A stretch of DNA of 62,545 nt, the filler included. It is 7 parts of 7 records of this genome, joined end to end, with 100 filler letters (N's around TTAATTAATTAA, not from the genome) between each part and the next. Parts side by side here need not be neighbours in the genome. Positions count along the whole stretch, not along the records: positions 42,212 to 48,053 come from SRR2962707_3266; positions 48,154 to 57,392 come from SRR2962707_3270; positions 57,493 to 62,545 come from SRR2962707_3272; 4 more parts are not named here. The stretch is one strand, 5' to 3'. Numbering within the stretch: position 1 is the first letter of the stretch; each line of letters starts with the position of its first letter. A program made the translations under genes and the position numbers. Shown here piece by piece: positions 43,657 to 57,572 of this stretch. The notes beneath the pieces were generated by a model, which saw nothing but the letters and a program-made list of their open reading frames with translations, ran no database searches and was not told the origin of the DNA.

Positions 43657-46600
43657 TCACAGATCAACGGTGACATTTTCGGTGATTGCAGGTTCTTGCT
43701 GGCGTGCACGGTGGCGCACCCGGTTCAGTACCCGACCTCCGATTCCCTGCTTGCGAATGCTTTCAATAGTTCCTTCTGCAGTTCGAATTGCTTCACGTTT
43801 CGCCTTGTCCGCCCGCACCGCCGTTTTTCGAAGACTCCATGCCTTTTGCAAACCATTTTTCGACGGATGCTGTTTGCTTGCGTGCCTTCGGCCTCGAGCA
43901 GCCCTGCGAGCCATGCGTTTCCGGTGCTGCTCCTGAATAGTCGAGAGATCCGCTCCACCATGTTGCTGATTTTGAAGCTTCAAGCCGAGATCTTCACCCA
44001 GCGCTTCAGCCACGTCACCGTCGCTGTAACGGGCATGGGCAACCACGCGGACCTGGGCTCGTTGGTTGTTGGCCAAATCGAGATCACTCACGGAAACTTC
44101 TTGCCTATGGCGAATGCGCCGCGCCGCCAACTCGGAGTTCTCCATTCCAGTCGTCCCTGCAGGTATGGCTTTGTTGGAGTGCAGCAAAATATGCAACTGC
44201 TTCCGCCCTTGCGACACCGCAAACGTTGCAACTTCATTCTTTTCAGCAAGTTTGATTGCCTGCTGCAGAGCTACCACGTCGCCTGTGTTTTTCGCAGCAG
44301 CTGTGGCATCTCGCACAGTTTTCGTCACGTCGGCAACTGTTTGTTTGTGCCGCTTATCAAGGCGTAGCAGCACCCAACTGCCCAACATTCTCAAGAATAG
44401 TATCACAAGCGTAACACCAGGGTCGACAATAAATGTTGACACGATCAGCGATTCTCCGACTGACCCAACCCATCGGACACACTCCTGCGCGTTGAACGCC
44501 GCGGACATGAGGAGGCAAATCATCATCGTAAACATCCCAAGTGTGGCCAAAAACGCGTATGTGATTGCAGCTAGACAGCTGCGGTGCTCTTGCAGCTCAG
44601 TGCGCCAAACTTCAAACTCCGTATACCGTATGGCTCGGCGCTCATAAAACCGTTCTCGAAACTTGCGCTGGATATTGGTTACACGTGTCCATCGTATCCG
44701 ATCCTCAATTGTTGCAGCAGCAATGCGACCACGTAACTGCGCCAATTCAGCCTGCTTGGTTTGGGTAGTTGCTTTCGCCTCCTCCTCGACAACCACCTTT
44801 GGTAACGAAACATTGCAGCCAACAAATTTCAGGCGGCGAGCGTTGACCAGTCCTGCGCCAGCAAGGTGGCTCAAATCGGCCGCCTTTGCGACGCCACGAG
44901 AATTATTCTTCGTGATGGGGACGATTTTTCTGCTTTTTTGGGTCCATAAAGCCATAGACTTTGCCGATTCGAACGATGGAGCGGTTTTGCCTTCGCCGGC
45001 ATACGCAGTGACCAATCTGGCATCGCTGATGCTGCGTTGGAATCCTGGGCGCGATAAGACGGATGCTACGGCACCAGCAGCGGATATTTCCAGTGACTTC
45101 GGTTCATGATCTGGGCTTTTCCGATTGCCCGCTGTTCTCGTTCGAGCCCCGACACCACGATTTTGGCCTCGTCGAGGTTTAGGACCCCCGGTACGCAGCA
45201 GGCGATTGACATCTGATCTTTTCACAGCTGGGAAGAGTTTTCGGCCAATGCGCCTCACTTGCTGTCTAACAATGCTCTCTGGCACAGGTGTCCCCGTAGA
45301 AAAACTGTTCACATTGGTGATCATGAAGGGGACTAAGTACTCCACAGGGAACAGCAGCAGATTCGCAAATGCTGCGCTAATAAGCGCATCGAGGACGCTG
45401 ATTGTCGCCTGATCGACTGCGTAGAAACGAAGCAGCGAGCACAAATGTTAGCTGGCACAAAACACGACCGGAAAAAATGCATGTGGCGACATAACACAAA
45501 CGAAAGAGCCCACCCCCGGTTGCGAGACGACCATGCAATACGTCTCCCTTGGGCACGTACCATCGGACAGCAGTTCAGAGTTCACATTCCTCTGGAAAAA
45601 GAATGCACAGGCCAGGAACGTGCTCAGCACTGATGCGTACAAGAGAAAGGCTTTGTCGGCGGTCGTGAACACCGTATGGTCGTGCGCCCACCAAAAAGCC
45701 ATTGCCACAAGGTTGTTAGCTGTGATCAGGTCTAAAAAGATCAGCCAAGCCACTCCCGACAGACGAAATCGCCCACGCAAGATGTTCTCGAACTCAGTCC
45801 CGCGGATTACGGATGGACGAGTGAGCTCGCCCTCCTGCAGGTAGACAGCTCGGGCCTGCTTTGTGGCGGCCTTCTTGTTGCGACATTTCGACCCCACCAT
45901 GACACCAACAAACGCCAGAGTTACCCCAACGAATACGGTCGGCACAATGGGGTTGATTTCTGTGTCGGCGTCAAGCAAATCCACGTCCCCAAGCGCAGTG
46001 AAGCTTTGTGATAGCGCAGAAATCTGTTCAGAAAGCATCAGCAGTCAAAGGGTCAGCGGCTCGCGCGCACAGAAGAGTACAACGGCGCGCCAGAATGACG
46101 TGTTGTGCCAACGGACCTTCTCGTCCACAAGTTTCACAGCTGCGGAGTCATCCTCAACGGCAAAGAGCGTCAGATGCGACGAAACGCATATTGCCGCTGC
46201 AATTTCACCATCAAAATCTATTCCGCGCAAGTACACGCCACGGGATACCCAGGCACCATTGTCTTCACTCCAAAACTTGCAGGAAAGCGAAGCGCGGAGT
46301 GCTGGAGCATTTGGGTCTGCAGATGGGGACGGCGACAAAGCAATTGTCAAGCCGAAACCGCTCCCAGCATCATCAGTTTCCTGAACGAAATAGGGAGAGA
46401 ACGTGTTGGTAAGAAAAAAAAGTTCGAGGGCTCCAAATGACCAAGCCTACTAGAGCATTGTGGCAACTAACTTACCGACGATTCGCCAGACACTGTCACA
46501 CCAATTACGTTCGACACAAGCACATTGGAGTTGTCACTGGATCCTACAACGTCGCTACTCCACGAAGAAACGGCAACTGCTCCTGCTGTTGAGCCTGGAA

Positions 46601-48053
46601 TTGTCACGACCACATCGTCGGTCTCGACTGTTGTGTCGGTTGAATTGGCAGGGCCGCAGGACAGGGAAAAAGTCTCCTGCTGAAATGTCGTACTGCTAGA
46701 TCCGCTTGACGACACGGCTGCACATACAGAATCAAGAGCTGAGTCCAACGCTGTTATGCCGTCCGCAGATCCTGTCGCACCACTCCAACCGGCAAATCCA
46801 TCGACTGCATCCAGAAAAATTGTCAATGTTTCGTCGTTCACGGAGCCACCTCCCGAGCTTAGCAATGCTGCCGCGTTCTGAATCCCGGCCAGGATGGTAC
46901 TGGAGACGTCGGAGCTCGTAGCTGCACTGTTTTCAGCGAATTGCAAAAGCGCGGAGACGGCATCGACTTCCTCTGCCGCGGAGGCATTAGACCCAGTCCT
47001 GGCGAAAAACGCAGCAAGTGCATTCGCTGCCGCGACATCAGCCTCAGACATGGTGCTTGCGAGCTCACACGGCATGATGTTGTTGTTGTTGCATGGGCCG
47101 TGCGTTGTGTCATCAACAGCATCCATCGTAGTCAACACTTCCATGTCAGTCAGCTCGTCAAACGCACTTGTCGATGCAACGAACGAGGCTCTAGTTGACA
47201 TTGATGACACAATAGAGTCTAGTTGTGCGAGCGATGTGTTAAGCCGTTCGATGAGAGCAGACTGCACGGCGACCATACCTTCAAGACCGTTGATTCGCTC
47301 TTCTTGCCACGTGGCGTTTGCCTTCTGCAGCTCGGCAGCATGCTCCAATTCCACAATGTGAAGAGCTTGAACGGAAGAATTGCGCACCGCATCCGCAAGT
47401 CTCTCCTCCAAGTCCAACGTAACGTTCAATGACCGGGCCAAATCAGCCTCACATGCTGACAAGCGCGTGGAGTGACCTGAAACCACGGCCTGAACTTTGG
47501 ATATGGCAAACCGCTGGTCTGATGCGTTCGCAGCTAGGCGAAACAACGTCTGATTGTGGAATTCGAGCTGCGCCGGCAAATCAAATTGCACTTTCGCTGC
47601 AAGGGCCATAATTGTGGAGGCGAGATCTGCAATTTCCCAATGCTGTTTCGTGACGTTGTTGTCGAGCATGCCTACGGCTGTGGCAGTTGAGTTGTGGGCG
47701 TGAACCAAGCCCACGAGCACATCGAAAAGCTGTGACACATTGACCCTCGTACCAATCAACTGGCTCTCCAACACCGTGGCATGTTGAATGACTTCAGATA
47801 ATCGGTTTTCCAGCACAGTGGAGTTTGAGCTCAAGGCAAAAAACTCCGATGAAAGCTGGCCCACGGCTTCCGTGATATTGAGCACCAGTTCCGCTTGTGT
47901 TGACGAATTCATGGCTCGGACAAGCATATCTAGTTGATGCAACTGATTGCCAAGATCTGAGACGTTGAGCCGAATTTGAAAATCTACTTCTTGTTGCACC
48001 CTCAATGTGTCGTTCAGCGCCGTCAGCCACACTTCGTGCTCGGCGCTCGACGT
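43657..48053 (-). CDS. GAIN/GPS-containing polycystin-1-like membrane protein (5'-truncated, multi-exon)
   Basis: Long coiled-coil, then GPS CKFW..W....ICVSSHL|TLFAV, then 5 TM segments resembling PKD1 TM1-5 (FTTADKAFLL.., LLFPV, W..SV..S....FIVDP). Introns at 46381-46475, 46024-46116 and one near 45410-45530. Confidence 0.75.
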
Positions 48054-48153
48054 NNNNNNNNNNNNNNNNNNNNNNNNNNNNNNNNNNNNNNNNNNNNTTA
48101 ATTAATTAANNNNNNNNNNNNNNNNNNNNNNNNNNNNNNNNNNNNNNNNNNNN
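48054..48153. other. Artificial contig spacer
   Basis: N44-TTAATTAATTAA-N44. Confidence 0.99.
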
Positions 48154-48179
48154 AACAACAACAACAACAACAACAACAA
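48154..48179 (+). repeat. (AAC)n microsatellite at contig start
   Basis: About 8 AAC units. Confidence 0.9.
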
Positions 48180-48251
48180 AACATTTCCTTTTTCTCACTG
48201 TGGAGCGCTTGTCGGCGACATTTTTGTTCTTCTCCAACTTTTCGCAACACA

Positions 48252-50494
48252 ATGGCCTCAGCTGCTGCTTCTGCTCCTGCTGCTACCTCGAGGACGCCGC
48301 CTCTCGTCGACCCTTCGACGCTGTCCAACGTCACTGAAGCCCGCGTCTCGCACTTCGACCTGTCTCTGGAAGTTGACTTCGACGCGCAGGCCCTGCGAGG
48401 CCACGTGGATGTCACTGCACACAGCGTTGCAGCTGAGGGAGCGAGTGCTGCTGCTGCTGCTGCTGCCGCTCCACCTCTGCCACCTCCGAGTCGACTCGTT
48501 CTCGACGTCCACCACTTGAAAGTGGACAAAGTCGTCGGCCTGGACTCAGCAGGAGCGCCCGCTGGAGCGCTTGAGTTCGAGGTGTCCGAGGGCAACAAGA
48601 CTGGCAAAGCGCTGAGTGTGCCGCTGGGGCCTGAGAACGCGAACGAGGAAGGCGCCGTGCGCGTGCGTATTTACTACGAGACGACGCCCCAGAGCTCCGC
48701 TGTGCAGTGGCTGGACGCGTCTGCCACCAAGGACAAGGCGGCGCCGTTTTTGTTCACTCAATGCCAAGCCATCCACGCACGAACGCTGCTGCCCTGCCAA
48801 GACACGCCCACTGTGAAGGCCAGCTACAACGCCACCATTCGCTGCCCGGCAGGGACCACGGCCATCATGTCTGCGCTCGGGAATGGAGATGAGCCCGTCG
48901 AGGTGCACGAGGACGGGTCTCGCACTTTCGCTTTCCGGCAGCCCATTGCAATGGCCTCGTACCTGGTGGCTCTGGCAGTCGGCAATTTGGCGTCCAAAGA
49001 AGTTGGTCCGCGGTCCGCGGTGTGGGCGGAGCCGTCAGTTGTTGAGGCGGCTGCGTACGAGTTTGCGGACACCGAGCTGTTCCTGGCCACTGGGGAGAAG
49101 ATTTGTGGGCCGTACGTCTGGAGTCGGTACGACGTTTTGTGCATGCCGCCCAGCTTCCCCTACGGAGGGATGGAGAATCCCTGCCTTACGTTTGTGACCC
49201 CAACGTTATTGGCCGGGGACCGCAGTTTGGCAGACGTTGTGATTCATGAAATCACGCATAGCTGGACCGGCAATCTCGTAACGAACCGGACGTGGGAACA
49301 TTTCTGGTTGAACGAAGGGTGGACCATGTTCGTGCAGCGCAAAATATCCCGCGATTTGTATGGACAGGCGGTTGCGGACCTGGATGCTATCGAAGGTCTG
49401 AGCGATCTGAAGGACTCGATTGATCTCTTCGGAGAAGACCACAACTTTACATGTCTGGTCCCGGATCTGTCCGTAGACGGTGGCTGCGACCCCGATGACG
49501 CGTTCAGCACGGTTCCGTAAGTGTTCCGGAAATTGAAGCGCGTTTTTGTTGATGCACTTTGCCTGTTCTTTCGCTGTGGGGAGCGGGTAGTTGGCGCCTC
49601 CGACTGACTGATGCAAACGGGTTAGGTATGAGAAGGGTCACTCGCTTCTTGTGCACATTCAACACCAAGTTGGGGGACCAAAAATTATGGATCCATTCAT
49701 CAAGGCTTACGTGGTACGTGGCACTTTTTCCGAAAACCTTTCTTGTAGATCGGTGCCGATTTTGCGGCTGTGGCGCTGGCTTGACTTGCATCACTGGCCA
49801 ATCGACCTGTGCCTAGGCGAAATTTGGTCACCCAACAATGACGTTGACATCAGCCATGTTCCGCGACTTCGTCGTTGAATACTTTCAAGAAAACCACGAC
49901 ATCGACTTGGCCGCCAAAATTGACTGGGACAAGTGGTTTTTCCAACCAGGCATGCCTCAAGGGCTTCGGGAGTTGTTTGACGACAGCCTCATGGCCGCAA
50001 CCATTGCTTTGAAAGATGTTTGGATCGGGAATGGTGCCGCAGATGCACAGCCCTCTGCAACCGATCTGGACAAATGGACTTGCTCGCAGACGACGCTGTG
50101 GCTCAAAGAGCTCCTGGAAAAGCACACGTCGGCCCTGTCTGTTGAAGCGTTGGACCGCATGGACTCTCTTTATGGCCTTTCTGAACGGCGCAACTCGGAA
50201 ATTCGCTTCAATTGGCAGCGCATTTGCATCGCAGTGGGCAAGGCAGACATCGTTCCGCGCGTTGTGGAATTTTTGGAGGAACAAGGCCGCATGAAGTTTG
50301 TCCGCCCGCTTTATCGAGCGCTGCTTCAAGCATCAGTGGCACACCCTGACAACGCAGCGACGTTCTACGACGCAGCTGTCACGACGTTTGCACGTGCCGA
50401 GACTTCGTATCACCCGATTGCTGCGAAGATGATTGCCCGCGATATTGCAACCCACAATCAGCAACACCGAGGTGCGAACGCAGCCTCGATGTAA
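48252..50494 (+). CDS. LTA4H: Leukotriene A4 hydrolase-like M1 aminopeptidase, 3 exons
   Basis: FTQCQAIHAR, PYGGMEN, HEITHSWTGN..WLNEG, P|YEKG across an intron, and EQGRMKFVRPLY C-terminal motif. Confidence 0.93.
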
Positions 50495-51103
50495 GCGGCA
50501 CACAACTTAAAATCGAGAATTCAGTTTGCTGACGTCAGTGTGTCGCATCACAGCAACAATGTGTTGTTGTTGGTGTGTTTTAAAATGTTATTCTCGTGTT
50601 ATTTTGTTGATCACTTTTTGTTAATTTTTTGATTTACCGATTCACAATGTAAAATAAAGCCATTTGAAAGATGACAAAAACACAACGACTAGACTTTTCC
50701 GGATTGATGCGATGAACTCGAGTTTACCTAGCTGCTCGCCCTGCCTTCACATCAAGCCTCTCTTCCCATTCAGTTCACTTTGAGCGCCGCAACAACAACA
50801 ACAACGCCACGAAACCATCTTCTCGATCCCTACATTCGCACGCAGCTCTAAAGAACAACAGTTAATTCACCCTGCGCCCTGGTTGAGAGGAGGTTGCGAC
50901 AGTGATTGATCGGACGAGAAGCTGATTGGCTAGCTCGCCTCATGACATGATGTCACCACGCTGATGTGACGTAGACGCTGGAATGCCACAATATGCGGCG
51001 CCGAGCTGGCTCAAAATCGCTCGGTAGCATACGTTTATTTCAGGACACTCTGTTTTTTTTTTTTGAGTTACAACAAATCGTCGCAAAATGTCATTGCACT
51101 AAG

Positions 51104-54100
51104 TTAGACGACAATTACTTCTTGGCCGCGCTCGGAAAGCTGTTGTTGCAACTGCTTCGCCCGCTGAAGTGTGTAACCACGGATGTCGCGCATCGTGATT
51201 TTTTTTAGGTGGGACAATCCGCCTCGCTTGACAATGCTCAGGACGACGGCTGCAATGTCCTTGAAGGTGATTCCCCTGCACGCCTCGAACGACACTTTCT
51301 TCAGCCGGAGCAGCTTTTCCAAGAGGTCCAGCAGCGCATGGCTTGTCAATGAATGCTGACCAACACGAAACGAATGAACAAACCAATGATTAATCGATCT
51401 CAATAGCACATAGACTGCGCATATTGCGGCCCACACATTGCGACTGCAAAAACAAACCACTCGTTCAAAGCGCAAGGCTGTGAGCTTCAGACAGTGGGGT
51501 GCAATCATAGCAAAGTCGTCTTCGCGCAGGTCCATTCCCACAACAGCAAGGGTCTCCAGGAGAAAGCACTGTGAGACAACGTCGTGTACGGCAGAGCTTG
51601 TCAACCCGCCATTGCATTCAGGGTCGCTGGGAAAGCGGCGCCCGATCCACACTTCGCGGAGCGACTGATGACAATACCAGGCGAGGACATTGATAGCCCG
51701 GTCCTGCAAACGATACCAAGCATATCACTATACAACGTGAAAAAAACACAGCCAGCGCAACATGCACGCAAGCTGCCCCAAGTTTCGCGACACAATTTGA
51801 CAAACCGTAACAAAGGTGTATGGTGTGAAGTCGATCACTTCACAGTCGTTGTTATACAGATTCGATAGGACAGCGATAGCAGCGCATTCAATTACGGAGC
51901 ACGACTGAAGCCTAGTCCACAAGTCCCATTTGCCAAGTGTTTGTGATGACGCTGGCATAGCGGGAGACCCCCGCCCAATCGGCATGTCTAACGCTGAAGC
52001 ATCGACAGAAAAGCCTGTCGACGAAAACGTCTCGTGCAAGCTGTCCTCCTCAAAGTACTCAACTTTGCTCTGCGAGGAGCCAGAGCGATCTTGGGCAATC
52101 ACATGGCCCCGATGGCTGTTCGTGCTGCTAGTACCATCTCTGTGTTCCCTAACCCATGCTGGGTTGTACGGAGGTTTTCTTCGCGCACGTCCCAACTTGC
52201 GCAGTTTCTTTTTGTCATTTCGAAAGCTAACATTGTGACCGCACATCACTTGCAGTACTTGAACAAAGCGAACCCCTGCTTGCTTGACAAAGTTCAAGTC
52301 CCACTCCACGTACCTGTAGTAAAACACAAACAAAAGCACAGCCGAGTCAAACGCTCAACGTCACTTCAGCGAAGAAAAGTGACGACCACAGCGTTGCTTT
52401 GTTGCGTTAGCAGTCGGGGAAAAAAAGGACTTACGGCTCCGAAGGATGTTTCAAGTTGTCGAGCGTGAGCTCACTTTGGTGCCATACCTGCACAGCGCAT
52501 TAATTTATTAAACAAACACACACATGATTGAACAACCTACGCCCATGCAGGGAGATCATGCCAGCAGATACGACAAGTTGTGTCACCACCCTGTACCTTT
52601 GCTTGCTCTAAAAGCATTCGACCCCAGAGTGCGAGCGACATTGAGAGCTCGTTTCGGATTGTGAAGGGATTTGGCGTTGACGACCCATTGATGGCCTGAA
52701 GATTTGAGCTCATTGTTAGAAGGCGCAAAAACTGGTTCATTTTGACGCAAACGACTCCTCGCACACTTGGGCAACCCAAACCTCCTGAAACTTTATGCAC
52801 GCTCGACGAAAGAGCTTGCTTGCTGGATGTGGTGCAGTCGCCTTGCGTAAACCAGCCAATAGCAAGGAATGCCCGTCGGCGCGGGTGATTAGTTCCGACA
52901 TGTGTTTGGTGCGAGCGCGAACTTCGAGCAAATCGTCGTCGACCAGCACGACGCGGGGAATAGCGTGATGGTTCAGCTTCGCAAACTAACACACATTGCA
53001 TTCCCAAAGTATTCACAACAGGTCAGCTTTACTTCTTTTGCTAGGCACTCGGCGCAACTCTCAATTCGTGACTGGCTTCAGTTTACCTGTTGGCCCTTGG
53101 CGTGAAACCGTGCCCTGCGGCGCGGGAGCGACTGCAATTGTCCTATAACGTCACTTTTCAAAGAAAAACAGCCCATAACCTGCAGCCTATTGATGAGAAC
53201 GATCAGGCCGTTGTTTGGAAGTGCTTGGCGCAAATCAAAACCATCCAAAGACTCTTCCACTGTCAGCGCCTCCTCCCCGAACTTATCCACGAGGATTTGC
53301 TTAATTTCCTGCCACAGGGGCATTACCACAGCCCCGCTTTCAACTCCATCGGAAATGTTGCCTCGAGGAATCGGGTGGAAGCGCCAGCTTCGCGGATGCG
53401 CAAACCCGCAACTTTTGGACCTGCACAACTCGCCAAATCGGCAGTGGCGGCTTCCAAATTTCCCATCGACCCATGCCTCGCTGCGTAACGGGTCGTTGCC
53501 CAGGACACCATTCAGCAGCTCGACAATCACTTGCCGATGCGCCGACATACGGGCTGAACTTACCACACGCGGCGGCACAGTGAGCTCCGGCATGGACAGA
53601 TGCGCGTGCTTTCGGGCACCTCGCTCCGAACCGGCGCTGTTTGCAGAACAGCGCCGCAAGCGGCTTCGCAATATATGTTTCAGAGATCGGGCGATCATCT
53701 CCAGAAGTAGGCATGTGAGAATGCGTGTGTAATCAGGGTACCTGGGTCAATGAAGACAGCGTCAACACCAACGATAACTTCTCATCAAATACGACTTCTC
53801 GCCACAAAAACAAACGCACTGAGTCGACACTGTATTGCGAACTAAACCAAGTAGGCGCATATTGATGCCAGCACGGTGCATATTGTGAGGCAACGCAGCA
53901 AGCTCGTCTGCCCAGGACTGCATGTCTTGGTTTATCGACTTCTGAGAGTCGGCACTGGCGAGAGCACGGTGAATTTCGGCCAACCCTGTTTTCTTTTGCA
54001 CAGCCACGCTGCTGCCGCCCCCTGCACCACCGCTGGTGCTCCAGTTGCCGCCACTGACATGCTGCGAGGAGGAAGCGGAAGGTGAGTCATCCTTGACACT

Positions 54101-57100
54101 GTCTGTGCTCGCAACGCTGCTATATGCCGAAAGACGCCCACGACTGACGGCGTCATCTTCTTGCGCTGATTTGCTCGGTTTTCCGGTGATGATTGAGCCG
54201 ACTGCTCGACCTCTATCGCTTGTGGGTGCGGGCATTGGGGAAGGGGAGGTCGCTTGTCTTGCGCCGCTCGCTACATCCACGCGCCGAGTGATCAGTACGG
54301 ACCCGAAGTGCGCTGACACGCGTGCACCTTTTTCCGCCCTTTTTTCAGGTCCATCGCGACTGAGGCTATAGGGGTAGCTTGCACGGTCACCAGCGCTTTG
54401 AGGCTGAGAAGATCCCGCAACTTCAGTTAACCACAAGACGGCACTTGCAGCAACAGTTGTCCCAAAAAGGACGGCCGAAGGGGACTGCAACCACGCAAAG
54501 GAAGCTACTTTTAGGCGCGAAACCAGCCCGTTGCTGCTCGCGTCCTCGTGCGACTCGGGCGTGCGTTCGAATCCGGGCGCGATAACGGCAACTGCAAGCA
54601 CTGGGGCCGCAACCGCAGCACGCAATAGAGAACTACTTTCGTGAACTTGGCACTGATGGCTGACACCATGCTTTGCGCTCAAAGCAGTGCGCAGGATAAA
54701 AGGCACGGCATTGGCCACTGCTGCACGGATACGCCGAAGCGTGGCGTAGAACCCTCCAATACCTGGCCGTGAGTCGCCATCAGCCATTTCATTTGTGCTG
54801 GCGCCGCCAACAGATACCAGCGATACACCACTGCTGCCACGAACAAATCCACGGCGCCCTTTTCTGGCGGCAGATTGAAGCTTTTTTGATTGCTCTGCCT
54901 GAAGCTTACGTTGACGGACATCATCCGCCTTCTTGAGGGCAAGTGCAAATGCGGGAATGTTTTGTGTCACAAGTGCGTCCCAGGCAGTCTGCAGGGATCA
55001 GCGTGGGCACAGCATCAATTGTCATCGATCGAGCATCATCAACAGCGCCGACGCAAAGCACATTTGGTCAAGATGCAGGCGATCAGAGTTCACCGTACCA
55101 GAATTGCTTCTTCTATTCCCCGCCGATCAGCACGCTTGCCGAGAAATTGAGAAAATGCATCACTGCAAAGCGGTTCGTGATATGCCATCACAAATTCTGG
55201 CCGAAATTGCCGATACAGATGCGAGTTCTTTCGGCGACCGCCGCCTACAACGCAATTACGGAAACAAGAAATTAGCACCGGACCTGGCAACAAATCAGCT
55301 GCATGAACCACATGGATTATATAGTGCTGCAAACGATCCGCACCAAGAGTCACGGATGGTGGTTGTGGAGGAAACGCCCGACTAAAATCGATGCAGTACA
55401 TGCGACCGTCTCGTCCACGATGCCCTTCCATGTCGTAGGGTGTGTGCACGTATCTGCAGGACACAAGGACACCCGTTGAACTGCGATAACGATGGTGAGG
55501 TTCTCAAGTGCGAAGGAATTCCAAAGAGTTTGGGAGGCACTACGCACATGTCCGATGACCCATCTTGTGCAACTTTTGCTGCCTTGACGTAGTGCCCTGC
55601 CAAATTTAGCCGGCGACCTGCTGCATTCATGGCACGGAGGAGGTCATCGTCGGAACTCACAAACGACTGTGAGCGCCTTCGCCCTCGAGCAGCGTCAGGG
55701 CACCCAACACGCAAGGTGTCCATTGAGATGGGTAAAACTGTTTCTGCCACGACTCGGTGGCCCAAATGATCAATTACACACACTAACGGGAAGCATATCT
55801 GCGAGAACGAGAAGAAAAATCGCACGCCTCGCAGCTCACACAAGCCCACTTTTTGCGCAGCGGTGGTTGACCCATTGAAGAGGTCTCCCTTTTCGTCAAT
55901 GCAAAATTTGTAATAAATGCCATTTGCAACATACCTTGCGAAGCGCCAGGATCGACAAAACAAAAGCACAACGATGAATTACCACCAAAGCATCAATAAC
56001 AGTCGAAGCAGCAGGAAGCGGCAGAAGTACCAGCGACAGAAGCAGCGCAAGCAAAAACGAACTTGGCGCCGCCTGCGCCGCCAATCCCATCAGCTTCCTT
56101 AGGCTTTAGTGTTTTCAGATGGTGAGGCAAATTCATCTCTTCAATCAAAATGCGACCGTAGTTGCTAGCTGTGTACACAAAATCGCGCGCAAGCGCTGCA
56201 AGGGTCGGGAATGGGGATGTGCCTTGCGCATCCAAGTTTGGAACGCTGCCGCCGCCATCATCCTCGGTGGCGGGGAGTTTTTTTCCATGTGCCGGTGAGG
56301 CAAAGGAGGTGTCGGCAGCGGGCGGCAGATTTCGACCGGGGACACCCCCAGGAGTGACTTCGCCTTGGTCTGGTTCATCTTTTGCCGCGGAGGCAGTGTC
56401 CCCAACGGCTTTGCCGCTGGCATTGACACATGCCACGCTTTCGGCATCGCTTCGAGCCGAAACGACTGGTGTAAGGAGAGTGTTGAAGCCTAAAGTGGTG
56501 TTGTTGCTGCTTTCCAGGCGTCGCACACTGGCGGCTGCTTGCTGAAACAGCTCATTCCACGAGACCAGTTCTTCCAGCGACGAAGCCTGCGGCATCAACA
56601 GTCCAACAACACACAGGGTAAAAGGAATGAGCACATGTGCTGGGTTCGAGCTCGCCGCCGCGACAAAGTACACGACCAAGCCAGCATACCGTAGCGCTTG
56701 ACAATGCTGGGACAGAGCGGAGCGGCCTGGATTCGGCAGAGCGGCCTTGCTCACCTGGCACCACAGGCCAGCAGCAGCCCACACAAGGCACGACAACGTG
56801 CAGTCCCATAGTCGTCAACCACAACAGTCGCTGCCACCGGCAATCGGCTATAAACACCGGCTCAATCAATAATTCCATCACCGCCTCAAGCACGTCGCAA
56901 ACTCACCTGTCGTGTGTGCACTCGAGTTGGTCAAGGACCCGCCCTCAGCTGCCACTCTTGCCGCTGCAGCTGCCCCTCTTGCCGCTGCAGCTGCCCCTCT
57001 TGCTGCTGCAGTTGCCCCTACGAATCCGAGTGCCACCTCATCGCCTTCCTCCAGGCTCACGACGTCGGCCTGATTGAACCGCTCCCATTGCCCAGGGTCA

Positions 57101-57336
57101 CGCGCTGAATGCTGCTGCAACGAAGCGGCCATTCCGCTTCTTCCACTCGCGTTGCCTTCGTGTTCTTCGTCTTCGCCTTCGAAACGTGCGTCGTACCCGA
57201 GTCTCGAGCCGTAGGAAGAAGCGGCGGTGTAGCCGCTGTAAGGGCCTGATGTGTACGAATAGGGTGCATCATCGTACGTACTTCTGTCCGTGGGTGGCGC
57301 TGCTGCTGCGCCACCAGCACCCACGTCGCGGCTCAT
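51104..57336 (-). CDS. Clu-domain protein with CCCH finger and C-terminal LRR-like region, multi-exon
   Basis: DFVYTASNYGRILIEE, GGAGGAK, IYYKF, PLVCVIDHLGHRVVA, LNLAGH, DMEGHRGRDGRMYCIDFSRAFPP, FRPEFV, LCSDAFS and MHRAGINMRLLG motifs, all on the minus strand. A single-gene model is inferred. Confidence 0.72.
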
Positions 57337-57368
57337 GACGCCGGATCTGGAGTTTTTTTGCTTTTTGC

Positions 57369-57392
57369 TTGTTGTTGTTGTTGTTGTTGTTG
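57369..57392 (-). repeat. (AAC)n/(TTG)n microsatellite at contig end
   Basis: 8 TTG units. Confidence 0.9.
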
Positions 57393-57492
57393 NNNNNNNN
57401 NNNNNNNNNNNNNNNNNNNNNNNNNNNNNNNNNNNNTTAATTAATTAANNNNNNNNNNNNNNNNNNNNNNNNNNNNNNNNNNNNNNNNNNNN
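57393..57492. other. Artificial contig spacer
   Basis: N44-TTAATTAATTAA-N44. Confidence 0.99.
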
Positions 57493-57516
57493 CTCACTCA
57501 CTCACTCACTCACTCA
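57493..57516 (+). repeat. (CTCA)n microsatellite at contig start
   Basis: 6 CTCA units. Confidence 0.9.
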
Positions 57517-57572
57517 CCTACTAACTGAACAACCTGTCTGAGAAGTGCAGCGGCAGTGGCAGTGGCAGGCAC

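Noticed and set aside
43378..44367. 329-aa plus-strand ORF
   Set aside because: Mostly antisense to the polycystin-like gene, with atypical composition and no motif.
50810..50930. Possible snoRNA/ncRNA stem (CTTCTCG..CGAGAAG)
   Set aside because: Short complementarity and no convincing C/D or H/ACA boxes. It is likely convergent 3' UTR sequence.
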